Assembly (NCBI GenBank): GCA_016179745.1
Contig: JACPCP010000010.1
Span: forward strand, 3,832-67,831
Length of the DNA stretch: 64,000 nucleotides
Source: Candidatus Omnitrophota bacterium
Lineage (GTDB): Bacteria > Omnitrophota > Omnitrophia > Omnitrophales > JACQLI01
Direction: 5' to 3'
Both the position numbers and the translations under genes were made by a program. A model generated the notes under the pieces. It did no database searches. It saw nothing but the letters and a program-made list of their open reading frames with translations, and was not told where the DNA came from. This document shows, one piece after another, positions 30,637-39,676 of this stretch. How positions within the stretch are numbered: the first letter of the stretch is position 1; every line of letters begins with the position of its first letter.

Positions 30637-30668
30637 TGGAAATCTCCCGAATGGACCTGATCAATCCT

Positions 30669-31760
30669 CTACGGCTGGCAGCAACCCTGCCTTGAAGTTT
30701 TCCCTGCCGATTTTTGGACCGGGCGCCCCGCCCGGTCGACGACCTCGATTTTTTCCCGGCCGCCATAAAGCGAAAACCACGGCTGGGCCCCCCGATTGAG
30801 AGTTTCGTTCAATGCCTTGATATTTTTAACGCCCCGGTCCCGGAGCCAGTCTTCGAGGGCCTTCACACCTTTCTGGCCGTAGACGGGGATCCCCTCTTTC
30901 CACGTGGCCCGGCCGCAGAGAACGCCGGCAAACGTCACACCGGCCTCCGCCGCAAGCTCCAAACTTTCACGGAATTCATCATCTCCCACGCCGGCGCTTA
31001 GATAGATAAAAGGTCTCTTGGCCACTTTGGCTGTCTCTTTGAAAAACTGGAGGGCCTCCTTGCGGGTGTAGGCCTTGGAACCTTTGAAGGCCTTCGTGCC
31101 TTCGGTAAACTGCATATTGACGGGGATCTCGACTTTTAAAACGTCGATCCCGTAGCGGGGCTTTGAAAATTCTTCCATGCTCTTCGAGACGACCTGGGGC
31201 TTCTGCTTCGCAAACTCCAGATCGCTCAAGGAAGAGCCGTCCAGTGGATACCCCACGAATTCGAGAAAATAGGGCACATCGTGCCAGGCGCACTCCGCTC
31301 CGATCCGCTCGACAAAGGTGTGTTTGATCGTGTTGACTTCCTTTTTTTCGAAGGGATTGTAGTAGATTAGGACTTTGATCGCATCGGCGCCGGCCTCGAT
31401 GAGCCGCCGGACGGTCCATTCGTCCAAAAGGTCGGGAATTCTCCCCGGCCGGGTGTTGTCGTAGCCGGAAGACTCGTAGGCCAGAAGCACGCCGGCCTTT
31501 TTGTCCTTCGCCTTGACGGCCTCCAGGCCGTATTCGGGATCGAGAAGAATAGCGCTGGCGTGAGGAGTCAACACCTTCGTCACCGCCACTTTGAATTCCG
31601 ACATCATGGCCGGCGTCACCTGTTTCGGGTCCACGCCTTTGGCCTTCGCAATCGATTTGGCCAGGGACCCCCGCTGGTCCATGGCCGCCGCACGGATGAT
31701 TCCCTTGGCATCTGAAACCGCTTCCAGTCCCTTCAATTTTCCTTGAGTCATTTGAATCAT
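30669..31760 (-). CDS. lacD: LacD-family class I aldolase (tagatose/fructose-1,6-bisphosphate)
   Basis: AMDQRGSL, ILLDPEYG, DVLKVE, YLSAGV, GVLCGRATW. Confidence 0.85.
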   Translation of the reverse strand: MIQMTQGKLKGLEAVSDAKGIIRAAAMDQRGSLAKSIAKAKGVDPKQVTPAMMSEFKVAVTKVLTPHASAILLDPEYGLEAVKAKDKKAGVLLAYESSGYDNTRPGRIPDLLDEWTVRRLIEAGADAIKVLIYYNPFEKKEVNTIKHTFVERIGAECAWHDVPYFLEFVGYPLDGSSLSDLEFAKQKPQVVSKSMEEFSKPRYGIDVLKVEIPVNMQFTEGTKAFKGSKAYTRKEALQFFKETAKVAKRPFIYLSAGVGDDEFRESLELAAEAGVTFAGVLCGRATWKEGIPVYGQKGVKALEDWLRDRGVKNIKALNETLNRGAQPWFSLYGGREKIEVVDRAGRPVQKSAGKTSRQGCCQP

Positions 31761-32086
31761 TTTGCCACCACCTGTTCAACGGCCTGCTGGATCTTCACCT
31801 GAGACTGGAAACCCACCATCTGATGGGCCACCTGGCCCCCTTTAAAGAAAAGGAGCGTCGGGATGCCCTGAATCCCGAATTGCTGGGCCGTCACCGGGTT
31901 TTCATCCACATTGAGTTTTGCCACTTTGATTTTGGACTGATTGGCCTCGGCAATCTTTTCCAGGACCGGCGCCAGCGCCCGGCAGGGGCCGCACCACTCC
32001 GCCCAAAAGTCCACCAAAACGGGCGTGCCCGAGGAGAGAACCTCTTCCTTAAAATTGCCGTCTGTGACAACTACTTCCTTGCTCAT
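31757..32086 (-). CDS. trxA: Thioredoxin
   Basis: DFWAEWCGPC, GIPT; AAGGA RBS before ATG 32086. Confidence 0.93.
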   Translation of the reverse strand: MSKEVVVTDGNFKEEVLSSGTPVLVDFWAEWCGPCRALAPVLEKIAEANQSKIKVAKLNVDENPVTAQQFGIQGIPTLLFFKGGQVAHQMVGFQSQVKIQQAVEQVVAK

Positions 32087-32189
32087 CGCTGAATCCTTTC
32101 TTTTAATAGATGGAAACCGATTTCTTGCTTGGCAGGAAGGGCATACTATACAATACCGTCGAAAGGCACGCAACGGCCCATTCCAATTC

Positions 32190-34049
32190 ATGCAGACCCT
32201 GGCCCCCAAATCGATCAATCGGCTCGGAAAAGAACGAAGCCCTTACCTTCGAAGCGCCGCCCACCAGCCTGTTCACTGGTTTCCCTGGTCCCAAGAGGCC
32301 TTTGACGAGGCCGAGCGGCTCGACCGGCCGATCCTCCTCGATATCGGCGCCGTCTGGTGCCACTGGTGTCATGTCATGGACCGTGAGAGCTACGAAAGTG
32401 AGGAAATCGCCAGGGTCGTCCATGACCATTTCATCGCCATCAAGGTGGACCGGGACGAACGGCCGGAAATCGACGCCCGCTACCAGCTCGCCGTCAACGC
32501 CCTGACCGGTGTCTCCGGCTGGCCGCTTACCGCCTTCCTCACGCCCCGAGGGGAAGTCTTTTACGGCGGCGCCTACTTCCCTCCCGAGGACCGCTACGGA
32601 AAACCGGGATTCAAACGCATCCTGAAGCAAATCGCCGAACTCTACCGCAACCGAAAACAGGATATTCTGGAGGACGCCCAAAAAATTTCCGGGCTCTTCG
32701 AATCGGACCAGGCCCACGTCTCGGTCCCCGGGAAACTGGACGGCGCTCCCCTCGAATCCTGTCTCGCCCACCTCAAACAGCAATTTGATTTCGCCTACGG
32801 GGGTTTCGGCAATGCGCCCAAATTTTTCCACCCGAGCGCCCTCGAATTCGCCCTCCATCAATATTCCCGCTCCGGGCAGGCCTGGATCCGGGCCGTCATC
32901 GAGAAAACATTGGATGCCATGGGAAAAGGGGGAATCTATGACCAGCTCGGAGGCGGCTTTCACCGTTACTCTGTTGATGAGCGCTGGGTCGTCCCCCACT
33001 TTGAAAAACTGTCCCCGGACAACGCCTCCCTGCTTCTTGTTTACTCCAGGGCCTTTCAGCAATTCGGAAAGCCCTTTTACCGGGAAATCGCCCAGGGCAC
33101 CCTCCGCTGGGTCCGGGAAAACCTTTCGGACCGGGAGCGGGGAGGCTTTTACGCCAGCCAGGACGCCGATACCGACCGGCACGACGACGGGGATTACTAC
33201 ACCTGGACCCGCCGGGAGGTCTCAGGCCTCCTCAGTCCGGAAGAAGCTGCGGCAGCCCTTCCTCATTTTGATGTCGAGGCCCAGGGCGAGATGCTCCACG
33301 ATCCTTCCCGGAATGTCCTCTTCGTGGCCAAAGAGCCCGAGATCCTGGCCCGGGAACTGGAGCTGAAACCCAGCGAAGTCGCCCGACGGATTGAATCGGC
33401 CAAACACAAACTCCTCGAGGCCCGCAAGAAAAGGAGGGCCCCTTTCGTGGACCGGTCCCTTTACTCCGGCTGGAACGGTCTTTGGGTCCGGAGCGCTTTG
33501 ACGGCCTCCTCTATCCTTCAAGATCCGGAACTCAAAAAATTTGCGTTGAAGACACTGGACCGGTTCCGGGCCGAGGCCTGGGACCCCGAAACAGGAATGA
33601 CCCGGTTTCTCCCGGAAGGAGGTCCGGCCCCGGAGGGTCTTTTGGAAGACCAGGTGGAAATGCTGGCAGCGGCCTGGGAGGCTTTTCAGGCCACGAAAGA
33701 AAAATCATACCTGGATTTCGCAGAGGCCCTGGCCGGGATCCTGAGGGACCGTTTTTGGGGGACGGAGGGCGGGTTCTTTGACACGCCGGACTTTAAAGAA
33801 GAGGGGCATCTCCGGATCCGGCACCGGGGCATTCAAGACTCTTCCTCTTATTCGCCCAACGCCACGGCGGCAAGGATTTTCCTCAAGCTATTTCACTCGA
33901 CTCAAAACGGGAGATACCGGGAACAAGCGGAAACGCTGCTGCGATTCTTCTATGAGAAGGCCAAGGGGGTGGGTTACTTCGCCGCCGCCTACTGCCTGGC
34001 GCTCGATTTCTACCTCCGGGGCCCTGAAGCGCCCGGTCCGAAACAATGA
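32190..34049 (+). CDS. YyaL/SPATA20 family thioredoxin-domain protein (DUF255)
   Basis: NRL..E.SPYL, WCHWCHVM, KVDRDERP, GGGFHRYSVD..W.VPHFEK. Confidence 0.92.
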   Translation: MQTLAPKSINRLGKERSPYLRSAAHQPVHWFPWSQEAFDEAERLDRPILLDIGAVWCHWCHVMDRESYESEEIARVVHDHFIAIKVDRDERPEIDARYQLAVNALTGVSGWPLTAFLTPRGEVFYGGAYFPPEDRYGKPGFKRILKQIAELYRNRKQDILEDAQKISGLFESDQAHVSVPGKLDGAPLESCLAHLKQQFDFAYGGFGNAPKFFHPSALEFALHQYSRSGQAWIRAVIEKTLDAMGKGGIYDQLGGGFHRYSVDERWVVPHFEKLSPDNASLLLVYSRAFQQFGKPFYREIAQGTLRWVRENLSDRERGGFYASQDADTDRHDDGDYYTWTRREVSGLLSPEEAAAALPHFDVEAQGEMLHDPSRNVLFVAKEPEILARELELKPSEVARRIESAKHKLLEARKKRRAPFVDRSLYSGWNGLWVRSALTASSILQDPELKKFALKTLDRFRAEAWDPETGMTRFLPEGGPAPEGLLEDQVEMLAAAWEAFQATKEKSYLDFAEALAGILRDRFWGTEGGFFDTPDFKEEGHLRIRHRGIQDSSSYSPNATAARIFLKLFHSTQNGRYREQAETLLRFFYEKAKGVGYFAAAYCLALDFYLRGPEAPGPKQ

Positions 34050-34811
34050 TTAATAAACGAAGGCAGGGCTTTCGGCCGCCTTTTTAACCTGGCGGGCAAT
34101 CCGGGCAAGCCGGTTCCGGTCGATCGGCTTAACCCTGGAATCGGCGGGCGGGCGGCTCACGGTATAAACGTAGACCGCTTTGGGCCCGATCTCCCGGACG
34201 GTTTCAAGCCAGCGGTCGAGACTTTCTCCTTCCGAATTGTCCACCGGAGAAGTGATAAAAAGACTCTGGAGGGTCACCTCCGGCAAGGCCTTCAACCCCC
34301 GGACCAACGCCTCCCAATCGATCGGCACAACCGGATTGTTGATCCTGGCATAAGTCCCGGCATCTCCGGCATCGAATTTCATATACCGTTCGTCCAATTC
34401 ACCCAGGGCGTCCCGGACTCCCGAAAGATGGACCCGTGTGGAATCGGAGAGAATGGCGAGACGGGCTTTCGGGAAATAACGGTCCCGCAGGGGCTTGATC
34501 TCCCGAATCAACTTTCCCAGCTCCGGATGAAGGGTGGGCTCGCCATTGCCGGAAAAGGTGATGGAATCAACGGGGCCTCCCCGGAAGGAACGGGCCGAAA
34601 AATCCCGCTCAATTTCCTCGACGAGTTCCCGGGCAGGACGGAGCTTTGATCTTCTCATTTCGTCCCGGTCCGTCCATCCATACTGGCAATAGAGGCAGTT
34701 CGAGAGACAGAATTTTGCGTCGGTGGGCAGCAAATTGATCCCGAGGGAACTCCCGAAACGGCGGGAGGCCACCGGGCCGTAGACCACAGAACTCTGCAGA
34801 GGGATGGTCAT
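34050..34811 (-). CDS. Radical SAM Fe-S oxidoreductase (COG0731/TYW1-like short form)
   Basis: YGPV.SRRFG.SLGINL, CLSNCLYC, SGNGEPTLHP. Confidence 0.85.
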   Translation of the reverse strand: MTIPLQSSVVYGPVASRRFGSSLGINLLPTDAKFCLSNCLYCQYGWTDRDEMRRSKLRPARELVEEIERDFSARSFRGGPVDSITFSGNGEPTLHPELGKLIREIKPLRDRYFPKARLAILSDSTRVHLSGVRDALGELDERYMKFDAGDAGTYARINNPVVPIDWEALVRGLKALPEVTLQSLFITSPVDNSEGESLDRWLETVREIGPKAVYVYTVSRPPADSRVKPIDRNRLARIARQVKKAAESPAFVY

Positions 34812-34817
34812 GTCCGG

Positions 34818-35891
34818 TCACCCCCCATGAAAGACCGACTCGTAACCCTGGGACGATACTTCCCTTTCCACTTCCCGGAGGGGCCGGTGGTCCCTCAGAT
34901 CAAACTGCCCGCCCCGTTCCTCCGGCTCGACCGTGTAACCGCCCGGCTGGGTGGAAGAGCCGGCGCTCAAGTGGGTCACGCCGATCCCGAGTTCAATCAA
35001 TCTTTTTCTCATCGCCGGGGTCTCCCGGGTGGTCAGAACGATTCCGACCGAGGGCATGGCAAGCCGGGAGACGGCAATTATTTTTTCGAAGTCCTCGTCC
35101 GAAACCGTTTCCTGGGCCGCCCAGGGAACGGAGACACCGTAAGCGGGCTGAAGCCTCGGGAAGGAAAACGTGGCCGGAAAGAACCCGAATTTTTTCTTAA
35201 ACGTCCAGGCATGCCCGACCAAACCCGCCAGATCTTCCCGAAAGGAATGAAGGCCGAGAAGGATACCGAGCCCCACCTTCCCCAGGCCGGCCAAAACCGC
35301 CCTTTCCATGGCCTCGAGACGCCAGTCAAAATTTTTCTTGGGGCCGTCGTGCACCAGGACGTAAGAGGGCCGGTGATAGGTCTCCTGAAAAAGAAGGCAC
35401 CGGTCCACGCCCAAAGCCTTAAGGGTCCGGTAGCCGGTGAAATCCAGCGGCCCCACTTCGACGGTCACCGAAAAAGCAAGGTCGGCCTTCTGAAGGACCT
35501 GCAGATACCCGGCAATCCTATCAACGCCCGCATAAACGGGGTGCTCCCCGGCGATCAAAAGGAGGGAACGATGGCCCTCCTGCCAAAGAAATTTCGCCTC
35601 TCGAAGGAACTCTTCACACGTGAGGGCCCGGCGCTTGGCGAGACGGTTTGACCGCCGGAAGCCGCAGTAAAGACAGTCGTTCACGCAGTAACTGGAAAAA
35701 TAAAGCGGCGCAAAGAACCTGATTTTCTTTTCGAATTTCTGTTCGTTAAGGACCCGGGCGCATTCGAAGACGGCGGCCCAGTCTGCGGGCGTGGCCTGAC
35801 TCCACAAGGAGAGGACCTCCCCGGGCAAAAGCCCCTCCCCCCGGCGGGCCTTCTCAAGCAGCGATGCCGGGTTCTCAAATTCTCCGATCAT
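34818..35891 (-). CDS. ThiH/HydG-like radical SAM aromatic amino acid lyase (BATS domain)
   Basis: FAPLYFSSYCVNDCLYCGF, FQETY, SFPRL, TTRE, SAGSSTQPGGY, QF...DHR. Confidence 0.85.
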   Translation of the reverse strand: MIGEFENPASLLEKARRGEGLLPGEVLSLWSQATPADWAAVFECARVLNEQKFEKKIRFFAPLYFSSYCVNDCLYCGFRRSNRLAKRRALTCEEFLREAKFLWQEGHRSLLLIAGEHPVYAGVDRIAGYLQVLQKADLAFSVTVEVGPLDFTGYRTLKALGVDRCLLFQETYHRPSYVLVHDGPKKNFDWRLEAMERAVLAGLGKVGLGILLGLHSFREDLAGLVGHAWTFKKKFGFFPATFSFPRLQPAYGVSVPWAAQETVSDEDFEKIIAVSRLAMPSVGIVLTTRETPAMRKRLIELGIGVTHLSAGSSTQPGGYTVEPEERGGQFDLRDHRPLREVEREVSSQGYESVFHGG

Positions 35892-35894
35892 GCC

Positions 35895-36611
35895 TCAGAC
35901 TCCATTTCGTAACACTCGCTGAGGCCGGGCAAAGTAATATCCCTGCGCATAGGGAATGCCGGCCCGCTTGATAAAATCAAGATCCTGCCTCACCTCCACG
36001 CCCTCTGCAATCAGAAGTGTGCTGTATTCCTTTCCGAGACGGACCAGGCGCCGGATAAAGGACTGCTGGAAGCGGCTCGTGGCGACCCCTTTGACAAAAC
36101 TCATGTCGATCTTGACAAAATCCGGCCTGAGCGAAAACAGTTTGAAAAGTTTCGAACCGATCCCCGAAACATCGTCGATCGCAAAGCGGAACCCCAATCC
36201 CCGAAGAAAGGCGACGCCCTGCTTGATAAATACAAAATCCCTGCCCTTCATCCCTTCGGTCAGCTCGAAAACGATCTGGCGGCGGTCCACGGCCAGCCTC
36301 CGGACCAGGAAGGCCGCCTCCCGCTTCCTCCGGACGAGGTGACTCAAGGTCATGGGCTCCACATTGACGAAAAGCAGGTGCGTCCTCCCAAGCTTTGGGA
36401 GGATCTGGAGAGCGGTCTTAAGACACCTGAAATCCAGCTCCACCGTGGTCCCTTTTTGATAGGCCGACCGGAACAAGTCCTCCGGCAGGCGCCATTTCCC
36501 GGTCCCCCGGGTCAGGGCCTCGTAACCGATCACCTTCCTCGATTTCAACTCCACGATCGGTTGATACAAGGTATGAAGCGGACAATGAGGAAAATTTTTA
36601 GGGCTCATCAC
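35895..36611 (-). CDS. Stand-alone EAL domain c-di-GMP phosphodiesterase
   Basis: YQPIV, YEALTR, FELTE, AIDD, KID, AEGVE, QGYYF. Confidence 0.9.
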   Translation of the reverse strand: MMSPKNFPHCPLHTLYQPIVELKSRKVIGYEALTRGTGKWRLPEDLFRSAYQKGTTVELDFRCLKTALQILPKLGRTHLLFVNVEPMTLSHLVRRKREAAFLVRRLAVDRRQIVFELTEGMKGRDFVFIKQGVAFLRGLGFRFAIDDVSGIGSKLFKLFSLRPDFVKIDMSFVKGVATSRFQQSFIRRLVRLGKEYSTLLIAEGVEVRQDLDFIKRAGIPYAQGYYFARPQRVLRNGV

Positions 36612-37903
36612 CGGTCCCTTTCACTTGTAAGTGGCGGATTCCCGAGGTTGGAAATCCGTTGTTTGGCTTCGTCGTGGAAACGTTCGAATTCTTCCTTGTT
36701 CGGAAATCGAAAGAGGCGGGGCAGGGCGAAAAAGAGCCAGCCCCCGCCGGCCAGAAGCCACCCGAGGGAGGCCGCCCCAAGCAGGCGAAAGTAAGCATCC
36801 GGAAAAAAAGGCGCCAGAAGCCTGAGGCCCAGGGCCGTCGAAATCCCGGCCAGAACAATCCCCAGGACAGGGAGCGGCCGGCGAAGCTTCGGGGCCTCCC
36901 CCGAATGGCTCAAAGTCACCACCGTTGCCACCGCAAAAGTCATCAGGCTAAAACCTCCGAGAAAGACAAGGTGCAACAGGGCCGTCCGATGTTTTGAAAA
37001 AACAAGCACCGCCCAATGTCCCAAGGCCGTCATCCAAAGCGAGACCCACAGGAGTTTCGCATAAAAATCGCTTACCCGGGGAGGAAAAATTAACGAGCAG
37101 GTCCAAAGCAGCTCCCCCGTCACGACAACGGCCCTCAACCCGTAACCGGCGGCAAACCTCCCGAACCCCTCCAGCCAGAAACTTGTAAAAAGAAGAAGGC
37201 CGGCCAGAAGATGAATCACGACACGGCGCTTCCGAATTTGCAGGCTTTTTTCTACGGAACAAACCTCGGAAGGTTTGATGACTTGAAAACGCCCCATCAA
37301 ACGGGGCGCCAGAAAACCTCCCACCCCGACGACAACGGCCAAAAGAAACCCCTGCTCCGCCATCGGCTTTCCCACTCCCACGGCCCAGCTCCCCATCCAT
37401 TTCAGTTCGCCCGTCATCATCAGCAGGGCCCCGACAAGGCCGTGCAAAATCGCTACGGGGATCCAGACAAATTCGGCGGGCGGAGAGGGGCTTTCCCCGT
37501 TTTTCTTCACCCGAAGGACCCGTCGAATGGCAAATCGGGCCAACCCAAGAAGCCATCCGATGAAACAAAGTTCGGAAAAAAACTGACGGCCCAAAGCGGA
37601 AAATCCGAAGATTCCGAAGGTCCAAAGAAGGAAACCGGCCAGTTCTCCCGCCGTGGCCGGAGGCGCCGAAGCAAACCGGGGCATGGCGGTCAGCAGGAAC
37701 CCAATGACAAAACAGCCGAGGTATCCCTGGGTTTGAACCGTCGAGTGGAAAAGCCCGGAATAAGCCGGGATCCAGCCCACGGAATAAAAAAACCAGTGTG
37801 TGGCCCCGACCGCACCGAATAAAATTCCCAGGGGAAAAAAGACCCGGTAGGGTTCCCCGGCAATTCGTTCGATAAACTGAGTGATGTCGTTGCGCCGAGT
37901 CAA
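36608..37903 (-). CDS. nnrS: NnrS family heme-copper membrane protein
   Basis: EPYRVFF, H....GY....GFLLTAMPRF, H..FLGGF, ~12 TM helices; likely TTG start at 37903 overlapping the upstream stop; in operon with nirK. Confidence 0.8.
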   Translation of the reverse strand: MTRRNDITQFIERIAGEPYRVFFPLGILFGAVGATHWFFYSVGWIPAYSGLFHSTVQTQGYLGCFVIGFLLTAMPRFASAPPATAGELAGFLLWTFGIFGFSALGRQFFSELCFIGWLLGLARFAIRRVLRVKKNGESPSPPAEFVWIPVAILHGLVGALLMMTGELKWMGSWAVGVGKPMAEQGFLLAVVVGVGGFLAPRLMGRFQVIKPSEVCSVEKSLQIRKRRVVIHLLAGLLLFTSFWLEGFGRFAAGYGLRAVVVTGELLWTCSLIFPPRVSDFYAKLLWVSLWMTALGHWAVLVFSKHRTALLHLVFLGGFSLMTFAVATVVTLSHSGEAPKLRRPLPVLGIVLAGISTALGLRLLAPFFPDAYFRLLGAASLGWLLAGGGWLFFALPRLFRFPNKEEFERFHDEAKQRISNLGNPPLTSERDR

Positions 37904-38595
37904 GGTTGTTTGAGCGTCAGAGTGGCTGAAGCCGGTTCCCCCTCCTTGACGACGATCGGCTCCCGGTGCGTTCCGAGCCATTCGTGCCAGACTTCGAGTT
38001 CGTAATTCCCGGCCGGGACCCCTTCGATCGTAAAATTTCCGTCGGCGTCCGTCACGGCGAAGAAAGGCTCTGAGAGCACCGCCACGTAAGCGCTCATCCA
38101 CGTGTGGCCGGCATCGCATCGGAATTTGAGAAGACCGGCCTGGCCGAGCTTCTTTGAAATTTCCATTCCCATAATGGGCACGGCAATGTTAAAGGCCGTA
38201 GTGCCGTCTTCGAAGAAGGCGTGCGAATTGTGAAGCACGGGGTCGCTGCTCGTGATCTTCAACGTGGCGCCCATCGACAAGGCCTGCACGTGGGGAACAA
38301 ATTCGCATTTCACTTGATCGAGCTTTCCCGTTTGCGGCACGGCCGCCCCCGGAGCGCCCACAATCTTGACCACGGCATGGGCCACGCCTTGATCCTGGCC
38401 GAGAACAATTTTCTGCACTTCTTTGACAGCGCCACAGGTGGGCATGTCGCTTTTCACATCCACTTTTTCGGCGGCCGGCGCCGTCCCCTCAAAGAGGACA
38501 CGCCCCTGGACCGTCCCCTGGGCGTAGCCCCAGCGGGGCCCTGTGACAGTAATAAAGGCTGCGATCAGGAAGAGTAACTTGATTTTTTTCATCAT
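37900..38595 (-). CDS. Periplasmic cupredoxin-like / carboxypeptidase-regulatory-like domain protein
   Basis: Signal peptide, DQ..C.F.PHV, HNSH, C-DAG-H-TW-M putative copper ligands, VPAG.Y....WHE. Confidence 0.75.
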   Translation of the reverse strand: MMKKIKLLFLIAAFITVTGPRWGYAQGTVQGRVLFEGTAPAAEKVDVKSDMPTCGAVKEVQKIVLGQDQGVAHAVVKIVGAPGAAVPQTGKLDQVKCEFVPHVQALSMGATLKITSSDPVLHNSHAFFEDGTTAFNIAVPIMGMEISKKLGQAGLLKFRCDAGHTWMSAYVAVLSEPFFAVTDADGNFTIEGVPAGNYELEVWHEWLGTHREPIVVKEGEPASATLTLKQP

Positions 38596-38614
38596 TGCTC
38601 GGCTCCTTTCAAAT

Positions 38615-39622
38615 TCATTGAATCTTGTTAAGGATTTCCGGATTTTCGGGCCCCTCGACATGAAGCGTCCCGAGGGCGCCTTTATTGATCCTGAAAATGC
38701 TATGGTCCACCAGGGTGAAATCCCCGGGGACTTCGATCTTAAACTCCACCGTGCTGGCCGCCCCTGCCGGGATCAGAGTTGTCTGCACATTACGATTGGG
38801 GTCCAGAAGCGACCCTTCCCGGTAAACCCGGTCAAAAATCTCGCCAATCACGTGGAAGGAGGAAACCAGATTGGGGCCAATGTTACCGACAAAAAGCCGG
38901 ACCGTTTCTCCGACCTTCGCTTGGAGCGCCCCGTCTCCTGAAAGGGCCGCCACCTTGCCATTGAAAACGACATAAGTCGGATTTTCATCCATTCCCTTCT
39001 GAGAAGAAAAAGCGGCCAACCCTTGGGCCCCAATGGACCCCTCCGTGTAGAACTCACTTTGCATCACGTAATACTCCCGATCTACTTTTGTCAGTCCTTC
39101 CTTCGGTTCCACCAAAATTAATCCGTAGAGACCGTTGGCAATGTGGACCGGAATCGGCGGGGCGGCGCAATGATAAACGTAAAGGCCGGGGTTGATCGCC
39201 TTGGCCTGGACCACGGACTCCTTGCCGGGTTCCGTCATGAGGATGCAGGCAGCTCCGCAAGGGCCCGTCATGGAATGAAAGTCAACGGTGTGGGTATTCT
39301 TGCTCGTTTCGGAATTCTTGAAGTGGAATTCGATCGTGTCGCCCTCCCGCACCCGGACAAAGGGGCCCGGGACGTGGCCGTTGTAGCCCCAAAAATCATA
39401 TTCCACGCCTTTTGAGAGCTCGCCCCGAAACTCCGTGGACTCAAGCCGCACAATGACCCGGGCCTCATAATTTCGATTCAGGGGCGGCGTGACACGGGGT
39501 GCAAAACCAAGCTCCGCTTCAATCACCGGCAGCTCCTGGGCGTGAAGTTTTCCCACCCAGGCAAAAAATCCGACCGCTGCCAAAAGCATGAACGCAACCG
39601 AAAACAAAGTTTTCACTTTCAT
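38615..39622 (-). CDS. nirK: Copper-containing nitrite reductase (AniA-type)
   Basis: PGPFVRVREGD, HTVDFH, YVYHCA, HIANGLYG (Leu at the usual axial Met position), SSFHVIGEIFD, VDHSIFR. Confidence 0.92.
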   Translation of the reverse strand: MKVKTLFSVAFMLLAAVGFFAWVGKLHAQELPVIEAELGFAPRVTPPLNRNYEARVIVRLESTEFRGELSKGVEYDFWGYNGHVPGPFVRVREGDTIEFHFKNSETSKNTHTVDFHSMTGPCGAACILMTEPGKESVVQAKAINPGLYVYHCAAPPIPVHIANGLYGLILVEPKEGLTKVDREYYVMQSEFYTEGSIGAQGLAAFSSQKGMDENPTYVVFNGKVAALSGDGALQAKVGETVRLFVGNIGPNLVSSFHVIGEIFDRVYREGSLLDPNRNVQTTLIPAGAASTVEFKIEVPGDFTLVDHSIFRINKGALGTLHVEGPENPEILNKIQ

Positions 39623-39676
39623 CGAAACTTCCTTCTTAGCGCACCGTTCGATAAATCTGTGACTGTTCCGGTTTCT

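Noticed and set aside
28852-30660. 602-aa antisense ORF over pckG
   Set aside because: Mirror frame of a conserved enzyme, no motifs
34818-35891. Calling this thiH or hydG
   Set aside because: No thiamine or hydrogenase-maturation neighbours and no HydG C-terminal extension
37904-38119. Arg-rich N-terminal extension of NnrS in the ORF track
   Set aside because: Overlaps the upstream gene; a coupled TTG start at 37903 is more plausible
39623-39676. CRP/FNR/NnrR box upstream of nirK
   Set aside because: Only a single TCACA half-site, with no matching second arm or -10 spacing
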